A DNA stretch of 54,272 bases, the filler included, from Porpidia crustulata (Eukaryota), in the NCBI GenBank assembly GCA_964255105.1. It is 3 parts of 3 records of this genome, joined end to end, with 100 filler letters (N's around TTAATTAATTAA, not from the genome) between each part and the next. Parts side by side here need not be neighbours in the genome. Positions count along the whole stretch, not along the records: positions 1 to 18,058 come from CAXUWE010000195.1; 2 more parts are not named here. One strand, 5' to 3'. The notes under the pieces are model-generated. The model searched no databases, had not been told where the DNA came from, and saw only the letters and a program-made list of their open reading frames with translations. This document shows, piece by piece, positions 1 to 11,482 of this stretch. Position 1 is the first letter of the stretch; the number at the start of each line of letters is the position of its first letter. A program made the position numbers and the translations under genes.

Positions 1-104
1 GAAAGGGCACTCAAAAAGCGGAAATCTTGAGGTTCGTCCGTGAGGTCCGTTTCGGGATTATCCGGGACAGCGGGGACGGGGGGATGATCGTCGAGGTCGT
101 CCAT
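1..104 (-). CDS. SEN54: 5' end of a probable tRNA-splicing endonuclease subunit Sen54 (runs off the window)
   Basis: Not in the ORF track. ATG at 104 reads MDDLDDHPPVPAVPDNPETDLTDEPQDFRFLSAL; the D-L-[ST]-D-E-x-Q-D-F-R-F-L motif matches my recollection of Pezizomycotina Sen54 N-termini. Only 34 codons are visible. Confidence 0.6.
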   Translation of the reverse strand, partial: MDDLDDHPPVPAVPDNPETDLTDEPQDFRFLSAL

Positions 105-658
105 ATTTTTGTGGGAGCGGTTGGTGGGTTTTGGATGGGGGATTGCGGGATGAATTTTGAGGCTGCGGACGTCTTAGCAAAGATTAGATTAGATCTTTGG
201 GCCATATACTTGGACTTTTTGTACAAGGTCGCTGCAGTCAACTGCGTGTATCACGAGCTTTCAATACATGGATTTAGTCCTAGGCTGGTGATACTGATAC
301 TATATCATGCTTCCTTCTGAGGAAATGGCTAAGGACGGTACAGTACTACATAGCTTCGTATTGCTCTGTGGTCGGTCAATCAGAATCTCAGTACTGGGAG
401 ATCTGGTCGAGTAAATAGGGCCATGAAGAGAGTGCTAGCATTAAGTATCGATTCTTGGGAACGGGAAGATTTAGGTGTCTATGGAGATGTGAATGAAGAC
501 GGGTATTTGGATTATTCTGAAATAGGTGCACAGGGTTGTCTGCACTACACTACCTGCAACATGATCGCAGGACGCAACGGGGTTTCCATGGCTTGTCTAC
601 TTCCCAAAAGGCCAAACACAAAGCCTCGACATTCCAAACCATCTCTGTTGACATGCCA

Positions 659-2305
659 TTATTCCGCATCCTCAGCAGCCACGGCGAAGATCATGCCCGA
701 ATTCTCCAACCCAAACGCCCAGCGTCCGGTTTCAAATCCCTTCCTCCGAGACACTTTGACTTGAATGTCATTATCCGGCTCTAAGATGATAGCAGCCTGT
801 TTCGTCCGCTCTGTCGTCGGCATGATCCATCTACCCCCTGCCGGTACGAGATCATATCGCATGATGAACATGGTCACTACAGCGAGGATCTCCGTGGTTG
901 CAAAGTGCCTTCCGGGACACAAAGTTGTGCCACCTCCAAAGGCTCTTGATGCTGCAGGGTTGGGTCGCTTGCCATTCTCGGTCTTTGGTTTCTCATCCTT
1001 CATGAACCTCCGAGGGTTGAAGTCGTCCACATCGCTGCCCCACAATGATTGATCTCTGTGGATAACGCTGCTTGGCATTTGGATTAAAGCGTTTTTCTTC
1101 AGAAGCCATTGATGGTTTATGGTCGTATCTTGCGTGACTTCGCGAATCGATGTACCGATGGCACAGTGACGGAGGACCTCCTGATAAGTAGATGCGAGTA
1201 AAGGGCAATTTGCCTTGGCATTGGTGATATCGATACTTAGAGTTGGACCATCCGTCTCATCAACGGATCTCTTCGTGATAGATTCTATCTCCTTTCGGAG
1301 GTCTTCGAGTAGTTCGGAATTAGAGTATACAAAGTATATAAACCAGAACATAGTGGGTGGCGTATTGACGAGAATAGCAAGTGCAGAACCAAGTTCATAA
1401 CGTGAAATATCCTGTAGAGAGAGACCATTCTTCACACTTATCTCATAGCGGTCTTGAACAAATTGAGAGCTGTGTTTATGGCCTCCACTTTGAAAATATT
1501 TCTCAAAGGCTTTGACAAGTTTCTCACGACCTGCGACGCCCTTGCGAGCGGTAAGGGAAGGAAATAGGCCCGCAAGAAAGGCCATCAGATCATTTTCAAA
1601 ATCCCTGTTATGATAAGTAAAAATGCTTTTGAATCCTCCCTACAAGTGAGTCATACCAGAAGCCAGTCATTACATCTGAAACCTTGAAAGGGTTCTGGGC
1701 TCCGTAGACTGAATTTGTCGTTGCTGTGGTTATATGGTTGAAAAGCCATTTCCCAAGTTCTATGGTCGCCTGTTCTTCAGAAGCTGGTATCAAATTATCA
1801 AATGACGCAGCAATATTTTGAACCATCTTGTAGTTCATTTCATGCAAACCCGGACCAGGAGCAAGTGTAGATCGCATAGCTTCATAAGATTCCATGGACA
1901 GGCCCCAATCTCCCTCATCGCCATTCACATTGGTCATTAGAATCTTATGGGCTTCTGCACTCGCGCCACAAATCTTCGAGGCAAATTTGGCTTCGACAGG
2001 AGGAAAAGCAAGGACCCTCGGTTGCTTTTGGATAGCTTGTATAAGTTCTAGGGTAGTGACAATGTACATCTTAGTACCTAGCAAGGTCATTGTGAAAATA
2101 GGAGAGACTGTCTGCCGGCTACTCATAGCATCAGCGGTGGATTTAGATAACCATGAGTATTTGGATACCTAAGTTGGAGATAATATGTATATTTGTTTCG
2201 AATCACGCCAATGACATGGCCAATGAAAGGAATTGTTGCCGACATCATTGGTGGCTCTTTCAAATTCTGCTTGATTCCTAATAGAAAATTGATCAAAAAT
2301 AACAT
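659..2305 (-). CDS. Cytochrome P450, CYP7/CYP8-like fungal group; at least 3 exons, start uncertain (2305, 2353 or 2357)
   Basis: Introns 2119-2168 and 1605-1656 join three ORFs in frame. Motifs: EPP...IPFIGH, I-helix VNTPPT, ExxR (QEVLR), NPRRF, heme motif FGGGTTLCPGRHFA. Stop at 659-661. Confidence 0.92.
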
Positions 2306-3377
2306 TCTCCTCCCTTTCGGGACAGAGGACAGCTTTTGTACCAGAAGAGTCATCCATAGTTGAAATGAGGCTAGTGAGACAGCTGTTCCGTTAGACAAAA
2401 GATCTTAAAGACTTGAATCGATTTCGAATCCGCAGTAAGATGCCAACACAACGGCGACTGCTTATAATATTCCTTGTCCGGTTTTTCTACCTTCGAAGGC
2501 TTCGTACTGGAAGAAATACAACGGCAAATTCACCAGGTTATTTTTTCTCCTATCTCCCGGTTCAAGGAAGAGGACGTGAGCTTATATAAATTATTTTTTA
2601 AAACTCAGAGCTTCTTTACTAACTGCTAAGTAAAGCAAAATTCATCTTATACTCGATATAGTCCACGAAGGATCCCCATCCTGGAGCGGACCCAGGGTGT
2701 TGCTTAATTTCAAAAGGCAACGAAACTTTCATAACAGAATTGGATGAAACAAGCTATTCCATTGGCCTGATCAGGTTCTGCATGGGGATCTCGAAGGATT
2801 TGGCGCTGCCTTGAATGATGGAGGATATTGGGAGTTGGGCGTCGGGAGTTTCCCAGCTGTCAGGACATATTACCCTATGCACTGCCGGACGCCGTAGCTG
2901 TAACTGCTAAGTGACTGGCGGATCGACAGTCCGTTTTGTTGTTGGATGAGGCGTATTGTAGGATCACTTATTGGATATTAAGCCACTTCATCATGCTAAT
3001 GTAGCTTGATGGGTAGTATAGCAGTAGCGCGGCAACCTCGAGCACGGGCAGTCTCCCGTAGTTGCCATGCTCATGTAGGACTAATGAAGTTATAATGCTG
3101 CCCATGGTCAAGGAACCAGAGTGTCAAACCTTTCTGCGACTGAGACATGTATATCTTTCGAGGAAGAATTCGGTTGTGTACTTGTACGGATCAACGGTGG
3201 ACTGAATTTGATTGAAGTGGCTCCGATGAGGGTATCAGATAAGAGATTAGATTAGATCTAAAAGCCTCCATAATTCTGATCCGCCCCCAATATCAAGCTT
3301 TATGAAAGCTACCCAGCGTGCCAGCTTCCCTATTTTGCTCTACTCCATTTAGAGGTCACACCTTCGCGAAGTCTACC

Positions 3378-3670
3378 ATGCCGCAACCAGCGGTCTCAGC
3401 AAGCTTAGAAGCCTACAGCATCGTATGTCCATAATCTTTCAGGAATTGTTCCTCAGACTGCCACCCTTGACTGATTTTCTCAAGACTATGACAAATCTCA
3501 AAAATGCCAAGTCGGTTTGGGGGGAGAAAAGTGCGCAGTACCGCGCCGCTTTAGAGGTCGCGGAGTCAGCCGGATCGGAGGCCACTAAGAGCGAGAAACC
3601 TCGTACGGGCGATAATGATCAGCCATGGCCACAGACTGGAGGCTTGACGTTAGCGCTTAGACTAAGATAG
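3378..3670 (+). CDS. Small hypothetical protein, 76 aa, 2 exons
   Basis: ACCATG at 3378; exon 3378-3422; intron 3423-3484 (GTATGT...CTGAT...AAG); exon 3485-3670 in frame: MPQPAVSASLEAYSI/TMTNLKNAKSVWGEKSAQYRAALEV...LRLR*. Confidence 0.6.
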
Positions 3671-4198
3671 GCAATGGTGTGAAAGAGATGGCTGTGCCGA
3701 TGCGCTGAGGTGGGATGTATGTGAAGGGCGAACGGCGGAGTTGGGATTGTACTGTAGACATCTATGCGCAGCGGCACGGTTTGTGTTGTGGGAAAGTAAT
3801 CGAATAGTTGGCTGGGGACTGGTGAGACTCGACTATGGAGAGAGTCGTGACGGAAACTTGAGCTTCCGTTGTCGAATTTTGGCATATGACATTGAGCTCT
3901 CAAGAGCTTCAGAACGATGCTCACTAGAGTCGCATGCAGGGAGGCATGATAAATACAGCAAAAAGTTCCGACCAATAAGTATGTGCAGTTGAAATGATCC
4001 AAGAGTAGCTTCGCCAAATCGGATGCCAGACGCCCGCTGAATGCTTCGTAAGTCAGATTCATCGTGCCCCAAACGCCGTTGCAGAGGATGCAGGGTATTA
4101 CAAGCCTCGGGCCGGCGCCAATATCTGGCCAGAGATATGACTTCCTCCTATAGTTCCCGCCGATTCCATGCATGATTAAGCCGTCTGATATATGCGCA

Positions 4199-5554
4199 TC
4201 ACTCAATTAATACCTTTCTCGTCGTTCCAACCATGGTCATGCCCAAAGCATGCAGAGCATTATAGTCGTTCATCCGGACTATCGTAGGGGCAGGTAACAT
4301 CGGGTTTTCTGGCTTGATGTTCGAGGCATCTTTGGCTGCTTGTTCAATCGCTTCCATTTCGTCTTTGCACGCAGCGTGGTCAAGTGGACAGACGACGATA
4401 GGCTGTCTAAGGAGGATATCTTTGGCTGAGGTCATGTGCGCCTGGTTGAGAATTGATGTGAGCTATACTGCATTTGATGCTTATTACAAAGGAGCATCAC
4501 CTTGACGGTCAAATAAAATTCGATCTTGTACAGACTTCCCGTAGTCGTGAAGCTACTAACGGCATACGTGGGAAATTTCTGCTTGGCCCTAGGCAAGATT
4601 CCATCGCTGTCCCGCAGATCTTTCGCTGGGAAGACCAATCCTAGATTTGTGAAATATCCAGCCTCAGGCATTTTTACCCCTACTGTTTGCGTTTGCTTCG
4701 CGAGCGTCTTGACCTTTCGCTGCGGCTCGTCCCCTTCGTGATTGTAGATGATTTCCTCATCGATACCTATGGTAATCTTTTGTATCGTCACCCTCTTCGC
4801 TTTCTTCAGATAGAGTGGATTTGGAGAAAGTTTGATGTAAACGCTGACTGGATCTAAAGGGCCATACGACCACCTAGGCAGCGAGATTCCCAACGTAACC
4901 AGGTGATCCGTAATTCTCTCAGCTGACTCGGGCCGATTATACATTCCGAAAGTCGAAAGAGTATCATATCTCTGCAATGGTACCTCAAAAGCATATTTCT
5001 TTTGCTCCGAGTGTCCCTGCTGAACCGAAACGACCATTTCATAATACGTTTCCGCCGTCCTACTCGCTAATTGTAGACTTGCTGGGGGCACTCTTCTTGC
5101 CGTCTCTTCGCCCCCTCTTCCAAATGGTATGAATAAAACGAAAGGTAGATCCATTGAGTAAACATTCTCGTATTCTTTGCCGGTTGGACACCTAAAAAGG
5201 AGCATCTCCTTCCCTACAATGTCGATTATCTCTTTCCTCGGTGCTGCCAAATGCCCCCGTGTGACTGAGTCCGCAGAAGGATGTATGGTCTCACGTCTTT
5301 GAAGAGATATCGTCACCAGAGAAACGGAAACGGGAGCGGAGTATCCAACGCTTGGTCTGATCTCGACTTTGCCTTCTATGCGGGGCTAAGTGCATGAAAT
5401 ATTAGCACAGCTTCGGATGCGAGGAAGCTCAATCCTTCTCCTCTACCACCTGTTCCCTCAAATGACTCCAACTCACCAATGTCGCAGATATGCCTGGATA
5501 TCCTACTAGAAAGGCGCTGTTTGGCGGGCCACACACACGGACAAATGCTGTCAT
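4199..5554 (-). CDS. Conserved fungal arrestin-fold protein (~401 aa, 3 exons)
   Basis: Exons 5554-5477 (MTAFVRVCGPPNSAFLVGYPGISATL), 5385-4501 (PRIEGKVEIR...) and 4441-4199, all phase-0 GT-AG joins. Beta-rich pattern (LPFVLFIP, YKIEFYLTVKA) is typical of arrestin-like adaptors. The family call is inference. Confidence 0.8.
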
Positions 5555-6012
5555 AACGGCTCACAGCTTGGCGTAGCCCGCCACAACATACCGCGAAGGG
5601 TAATCCAGGCAGTGCAGCAGGTTCTTGCGGTAGAAATGCTTGTTATGTCCAGGGCGGGGTTTGATGAGGTAGAAGGATGCGTTGGCTTGCGCTTTGTTTG
5701 GTTACACGAGGCTACCCGAATGCTTGTTTTCGTAGAAGTGGTAGATGGCGATATTGCTTTTCAATTGCACAGATACATGAGCGCGCTGCAAGTAGAGTCT
5801 TGATCTAGGGGTGAATCAGGTCGCCTTATGACAGTATAATGTTAATCAGCTTCGTTGACTGACGCCTATAGTTGCCAAGCCTTCTTGGAGATCTACCAGA
5901 GCGGCCCGCATTGATGTCCTACAAGGCTGAGACCGTCAACCCCACAGAGCAGACGGGGCAAAGCATGGTAACCACAAAGCTTTAGACATGACAGCTCCAA
6001 GCCATCGTCGCA

Positions 6013-6585
6013 ATGTCTGTCACACTCCACACCTCCCGCGGTGACATCAAGATCGAAGTCTTCTGCGAGAGTGTTCCCAAAACAGCAGAAGTAAGCACTA
6101 CCCCCACAACCCCTCCCCCCACCTCCACCTGGCTCTTTGCAGCTGAAACTGAAACACTGACAATCCGCCAGAACTTCCTGGCTCTCTGTGCCTCCTCTAC
6201 CTACAATGGATCACCGTTCCATCGCTCCATACCTACCTTCATGATCCAGACTGGCTCGCCCGCCGATGCGTCGCCCAAGGTTAGCACCTCCATCTGGGGT
6301 GTGGACTTTGAGGATGAAATCAGGCCGTCATTGCGACACAATGCGCGGGGCACGTTTAGTATGGCGAACAAAGGACCGAGCACGAATGGGAGCCAGTTTT
6401 TCATCTGTTACGCTGCGGCGCCGCATCTGGATGGGAAGAATACGGTTTTTGGAAGGGTGATCGGGAGTGCGGGGATGGATACACTGGATGTGCTGGAGGG
6501 AATGGAGGCAGATAAGAAAGGGAGAACTAAGGAGAAGGTAGTGATTGAAAGGGTCACAGTGCATGCAAATCCACTTGCTGGGTGA
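6013..6585 (+). CDS. CYP10: Peptidyl-prolyl cis-trans isomerase-like 3 (cyclophilin PPIL3/Cyp10); intron 6091-6171
   Basis: MSVTLHTSRGDIKIEVFCESVPKTAE/NFLALCAS, FHRSIPTFMIQTG, SMANKGPSTNGSQFFI, PHLDGKNTVFGRVI, C-terminal VTVHANPLA typical of PPIL3. Confidence 0.93.
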   Translation: MSVTLHTSRGDIKIEVFCESVPKTAEVSTTPTTPPPTSTWLFAAETETLTIRQNFLALCASSTYNGSPFHRSIPTFMIQTGSPADASPKVSTSIWGVDFEDEIRPSLRHNARGTFSMANKGPSTNGSQFFICYAAAPHLDGKNTVFGRVIGSAGMDTLDVLEGMEADKKGRTKEKVVIERVTVHANPLAG

Positions 6586-6865
6586 AATAAGACAGAAGAC
6601 TTAGGATTGAGATAGTAATGATACCTATTTCTGCCAAAGTCTTGACAGCTGTGAGCTTTGGGGTAAGGGTCGCCACTGTTGCATCATTCCACTGTTTTGC
6701 CTTTCTAATCTCTTTCGTGCCTCTTCTTTTGGTAGTCCACACCATTCCTTGATTCACCGTACAGTTGTGATGTATCGCGGAACCGGAAATTGCCGTCCGA
6801 GGGTATCACAAAAATGCACATCAATGTTCTCGATCTGGTCTTTCGCAAAAATCTCATCAAGAGCC

Positions 6866-8582
6866 CTAAAGCTCCTCTTCTTCTCCCTTCTCATGTGCCT
6901 TGTCCTTCTGCCCGTCAGCAAGCGGCCGAGCCTTCTCCTGCGTTTCTCCCTCTACCTGGTGTACCTTCGCCCCGCTCTCAATTTCGACCTGAGCCGGGTC
7001 ACTGCTGTCATCCTTACTACTGGTGGCTTTCGTGATATGCTCATTTACGTATTCTCCGTTAGCTTGTCTTTTAGTCCTCATATCTGTTAATCCGAGTTCC
7101 TCTTCTTGCTCAGCTGTCCTCTCATAGTCTTCAATTCGGATTTGTGGATCTGGTTCAGGAGCCGTAGTACTTTGGACGTAGCTATTCGCGAGAGGATCCT
7201 CCATAATGATGGTGTACGGAATCTCCACATTGATAGCTTCGTCCAATTGCGCAAAGAACGCATTCCATCCCTTCTTCTTTGCGTCGGGCATGGAATCTCC
7301 TCCGACACCTTCGTCGTCGCCGATATCGAATATTGAACCTTTAAGATCGTCGCGTATCTGTGTCAATAGCCCCTCAACGGTTGTGAACCGTCCACCCATG
7401 GTTCCAGGCACTACTTCAATGTCGCACTCTGGTATTCTCATCTCGCAAGTCTCTGATTTGAGGATATCGCGGTTTAGATCCAGAGGTTTCTTGACCTCCA
7501 GCCAAATGCGCTGCCCGTGCTGGGGAATCTCGCCTCCGGTCTTGACGTCGCTCGTCTTGTAACCGCAGGCTCCGCAGGTGACAGCGCTTACCACGACCTC
7601 CTTGAAGTACGGGATGTGGACCATCTGGAGATTTATGTAGGCCGACCTTCCGCACCCAGGACATTCACATGGTAAGGCATATAGCTTGCCCTCAAGGATA
7701 TCAACGTCCTCCATACTGCCGCCTTCACCATCATTCGTCTCAATTTGTGGTACGGCCATGGCCACAGGCGCAGCATCCTGTGTTTCGCCGAGCTCGTCGA
7801 TTTTTTGATTACCAAGCCCGAGTGCTTCGTTTTGTTCTGACGTTCTTGGATATTCCTTACGGGTGTATTTATCAGCGGCGTCTTCTGGTGACGGCTCAAT
7901 CCATGAGTTGCCTGCTGGGTCATCCAAAGAGATGGAAAAAGGGTATTTGCATCCAAGCATCATCTTGACAAGGTCTTGCACTATGACGTCTAGCTTCTCA
8001 TACAGTTCTGGCTCAAGTTTCTTCCTCTGCTTCTGACCCGACTCGAGGTCTGTGAGAACTACCTGCAGGATACCTTCAACATTTGTGAGCTTTCCACGAC
8101 CAGCCGGTACCTCGATGTCTAGATTTTCTATGCGGAAGACTGCGGTGTCGCTCTTGACCACTTGGCGCTCCATATCATCCAGTTTATCCATTTTCAGTAT
8201 ATACTTAGTGCCTTGCTCTTGGATCTCCCCAGCGGATTGGATTTCCGAGTTCTTGAAGTGGCAATGATCGCAGTAAAACGACATGAGAATTATTTCCCGG
8301 AAGAATGGTATCTTTGTAAGGAGAAGTCGGGTCAGGCCCTGGAGGAATGTATCAGCAGCGTCTACCCACAGAATTGCTTCATAGACTTACATCTTTGCCG
8401 CAATTCATGCATAAGCTCTCTATTTCATCCACTAGCTTTGGGCCACCGTTCTCTTCGTCCTCCTCAAGGTTTAGGCCTCTGACTTGGTTTCCGACGGTTT
8501 CGAAAATCTTTGCCATTTCTTCTTCATGCTCTATTCTGGCATCCTCTTGCCAGTTGTCGTCCTCTTGTAAGACCTTAGCCAT
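6866..8582 (-). CDS. ZPR1: Zinc finger chaperone ZPR1 (~554 aa, 2 exons)
   Basis: Exon 8582-8391, intron 8339-8390, exon 8338-6866. Two C4 zinc fingers (CMNC...CDHC; CPGC...CGAC), plus IPFFREIILMSF, GRFTTVEGLL, DDPAGNS and EDPLANSY motifs. Confidence 0.96.
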
Positions 8583-8974
8583 GACGCTTCAAATTTGTGG
8601 TACCTTCTTGGCTTAGAATACCAATACCGCTGATAGCCTTTGGGAGAGATTTTATAAGAAAATACTAGAAGATGACGAACTTTTGCGCTACGCAAATGAG
8701 TCACATCCACTGATGTCAGATCAAGTGAATAGAAGTTTACAATTTACAATGTAGGCACTGAATAATACGGTCTTCAATCAATTTGCTCCGAAGCGGGCAG
8801 TCTGCTGCTGTATTTAACGATTGTCTCTTGATGAGACTCTATTGTTGATTAAAGATTTGTATTCCACCTTTTATTCACATATTAGGTTTAGTGATTGAAT
8901 GCCGCCAATTCTACATTAGTGTCGGTAAGCTATCTTAGCGTGATCTTATTGTTCTTTAAGTGACTCACAGCCAC

Positions 8975-9267
8975 CCGCACCCAGACACGCCACGGTTTAA
9001 GTCCGCAATGACGATGACTTTTTCGAATCTACATCCTTATTTTCTGCTCTCTTATTCGAATTAGGATGTCTTATGATACCTCTGGGGTACCCTCAAGGGC
9101 ATAAAACATAAGGGTTCGAACTGGATAGTTTATGTCCATGTCATCGTCGCGACTACGGCCATTATTAGAGTGGATAAAAGAAATCCTCGGGCTTAACGAC
9201 CACTGCCCGTGGTTCCCAAGAATTAATCCGAAACCCCGCTCCAGCGCATGAGAGCCCGGCGGTGCGG
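8975..9267 (+). ncRNA. Candidate structured non-coding RNA of unknown family
   Basis: Nested helices found by eye: 8975-8981/9261-9267, 8989-8995/9207-9213, 8997-9005/9188-9196, 9010-9018/9140-9148, 9022-9029/9113-9120, 9031-9037/9063-9069, 9070-9075/9107-9112, 9122-9127/9133-9138. Non-Watson-Crick positions are G-U on the + strand. Confidence 0.5.
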
Positions 9268-9294
9268 TCCAGCAGATGATGAAGCCAGTAGATG

Positions 9295-10861
9295 CTATCG
9301 CAGCAGTCTGAATAAAAATACAGATACCATTGTAAATATCATTCCCAGAAACCCTATGCCCAACAGCACATCCGGAAGCTCAATTACAGGCTGTCTTGGT
9401 GAGTTTAACATAACTTGAATTTCCTCATCGAGCCTGGAAGCCATTCTACTTTCGGAAAATTGATCCTTCACCCATTGCTTTCCCTTCATACCCATCTGTT
9501 GTAATTGCTTATCATCCATGTCGTGTAGAACTTTCTGCATGACCTTCGTCCATTGAGGTATCTTGTCAGCTGAGCGTAACCACCCTGTCTCACCATCAAT
9601 GACGGTCTCAAGGGGACCTCCACTATTGGCTGCAAGTACTGGTACCCCGGCGAGCATCGCTTCCAATGGAACGATGCCAAAATGTTCGTTTGAAGGCGTG
9701 TACACAAGCAACATTGCGGAATGTAAGAGCATAATTTTCAGCTGCGCCGGTACGGACAGGAGGAATAAAACGTCAATATCTGTTGGGATATTGAGAGCAG
9801 TTACCACGTTCTTCGTAGTTGCAGCTTTGAGATTTGACGAGTCGGCTAAAGCTACCAGCTCGTTGTGGTATTCAACGTTCTCCTCCATTCGGTTGTCGTA
9901 ACCACCTGTAATAATTCAGTGCCCGCTAAATTTGGGACTCTTGTTATTTGCAAGAGTATCAAGGCCCAGAGCCTTTGGCCGCCAAATCACATACCTGCAA
10001 TAACCAATCTCACTCCTTCTCTTTGATTCGGCTTGATCCCCGCAAATGCCTTAATCGCTAGGCCAACATTTTTCTTCTTTTCGAAACGGTTGATGCTGAG
10101 AATAACTCTCTTCCCTTTCCACAAATCCTTTGCTCCTTCAGAACCCTTCTCCCCGTCCCCACGAGTATCTACGCAAGGGTATACGATACCAAGACCTTTC
10201 TCCCCACCTAAGCCACCCCATATTTGCTCAACAACACCTCTTGTGAATGCACTATTGACCACGATCTTATCTGCTCCTCTCATTCCCCAGCCTTCGAGCA
10301 AATCAAAACCAAGACGCCAGAACCGTTTCCACCACTTGTTTCTGTTCTTGGCAAGCAACAAATCGGGAAAATGGCAATAGAACAGGATCTTCACATGATG
10401 CCAACGCCATCTTAGTAGAGGGATACCAGCTGACAGCTGATCTACAAAGAAAGCTGTAGGCTGTAGGAGCGCCAATTCGCCAGAAAGCGTAATCTCTAGT
10501 AGCAGATGATAGTGTCTCAGAATAGTGAACAGGATCTTAAAGCGTCCAAATATGGTGGCAGGGAAAAGCCAGTTTCCCCTGACTCGCACGTCTAGTTTAC
10601 CTAAAAATGGCTAAGTGATGGACCCTTTTGAAAATCTTCAAGACTGTAATCACCATCTCTTGCTTCGTCAAAACAATGGCTATGATCACAATGAGACGTA
10701 AATATAACGACGTTATGGCCAATATTTTGTAGTCCTACAGCAGCATCAATTACGAGCCGTTCAGCCCCACCGATGCCAAGGTCTGGGTGAAAGAAAATGA
10801 TATTCTTTTCCCTCGATGATGCTTGATCTTGACTTCTGGGTTGCAGCACTCGAGAAGTCAT
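9295..10861 (-). CDS. ALG2: Alpha-1,3/1,6-mannosyltransferase ALG2 (GT4), 3 exons
   Basis: [59 protein letters not shown] and a C-terminal TM segment. Introns 10601-10653 and 9906-9994. Confidence 0.96.
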
Positions 10862-11482
10862 TGTATCTGACGATACCTTAGACTTTATCGATGCGAGCCC
10901 AGAGCCAATAACAAGAAGTAGAAAAGAGAAACATAGGATGTCAGGGTAGGTGGGTGGTAAGGCAGCGTAATCGCACATCAGGTAGATACATACCTATGCA
11001 CGAGACTACGTTAGCAGCTCCGAGGACTCGGGTACAACCGCCCCTAGGTAATCTTAACGCCGAGCCTTAATCTCGTGATAACGCCAAGCAAGGGACGGGA
11101 TTCGATCACCTCCAAGGCTCCCACTGTCCTCAATTGTTTCATGTTTCATCCTCATGGCAAAGCGTTCCTCGTCGTATTTTAACCGCTTCAGGAGATCCTT
11201 CGGCTTCCGGAGGGTTATGGCGGGCAATTCCAGAGTTGAGTAACCTTATTCACTTCTCCTGATGTATTGATTCACATTAAGTCAAATTCACATTTTTTGT
11301 TCTTCTTCTCGGTCGCTGCACCATGTCTGTAGTTTGAACAACCATCAATTCAGCAAGGCCGCCGGACTTGCCATAACCATCACGTTCATTACACCACACT
11401 CCTTCAGAAGCTATCGCTGCTTCAAGTGATTTGATATTGCGTTGCCCTTCTTTTCCAATACTGTCGATACCACACGAGCAAA

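Noticed and set aside
2671..2790. 9-bp inverted repeat GATCCCCAT/ATGGGGATC as possible MITE ends
   Set aside because: Too short, no target-site duplication and no second copy in the window.
3619..4206. 195-aa minus-strand ORF following the arrestin-fold gene
   Set aside because: Lies in the expected 3' UTR, overlaps the orphan gene end, and has no recognisable motifs.
9113..9121. GGTTCGAAC, resembling a tRNA T-loop / Pol III B-box
   Set aside because: No cloverleaf or A-box, and an upstream T5 run would stop Pol III. Better explained as one strand of a helix in the structured element.
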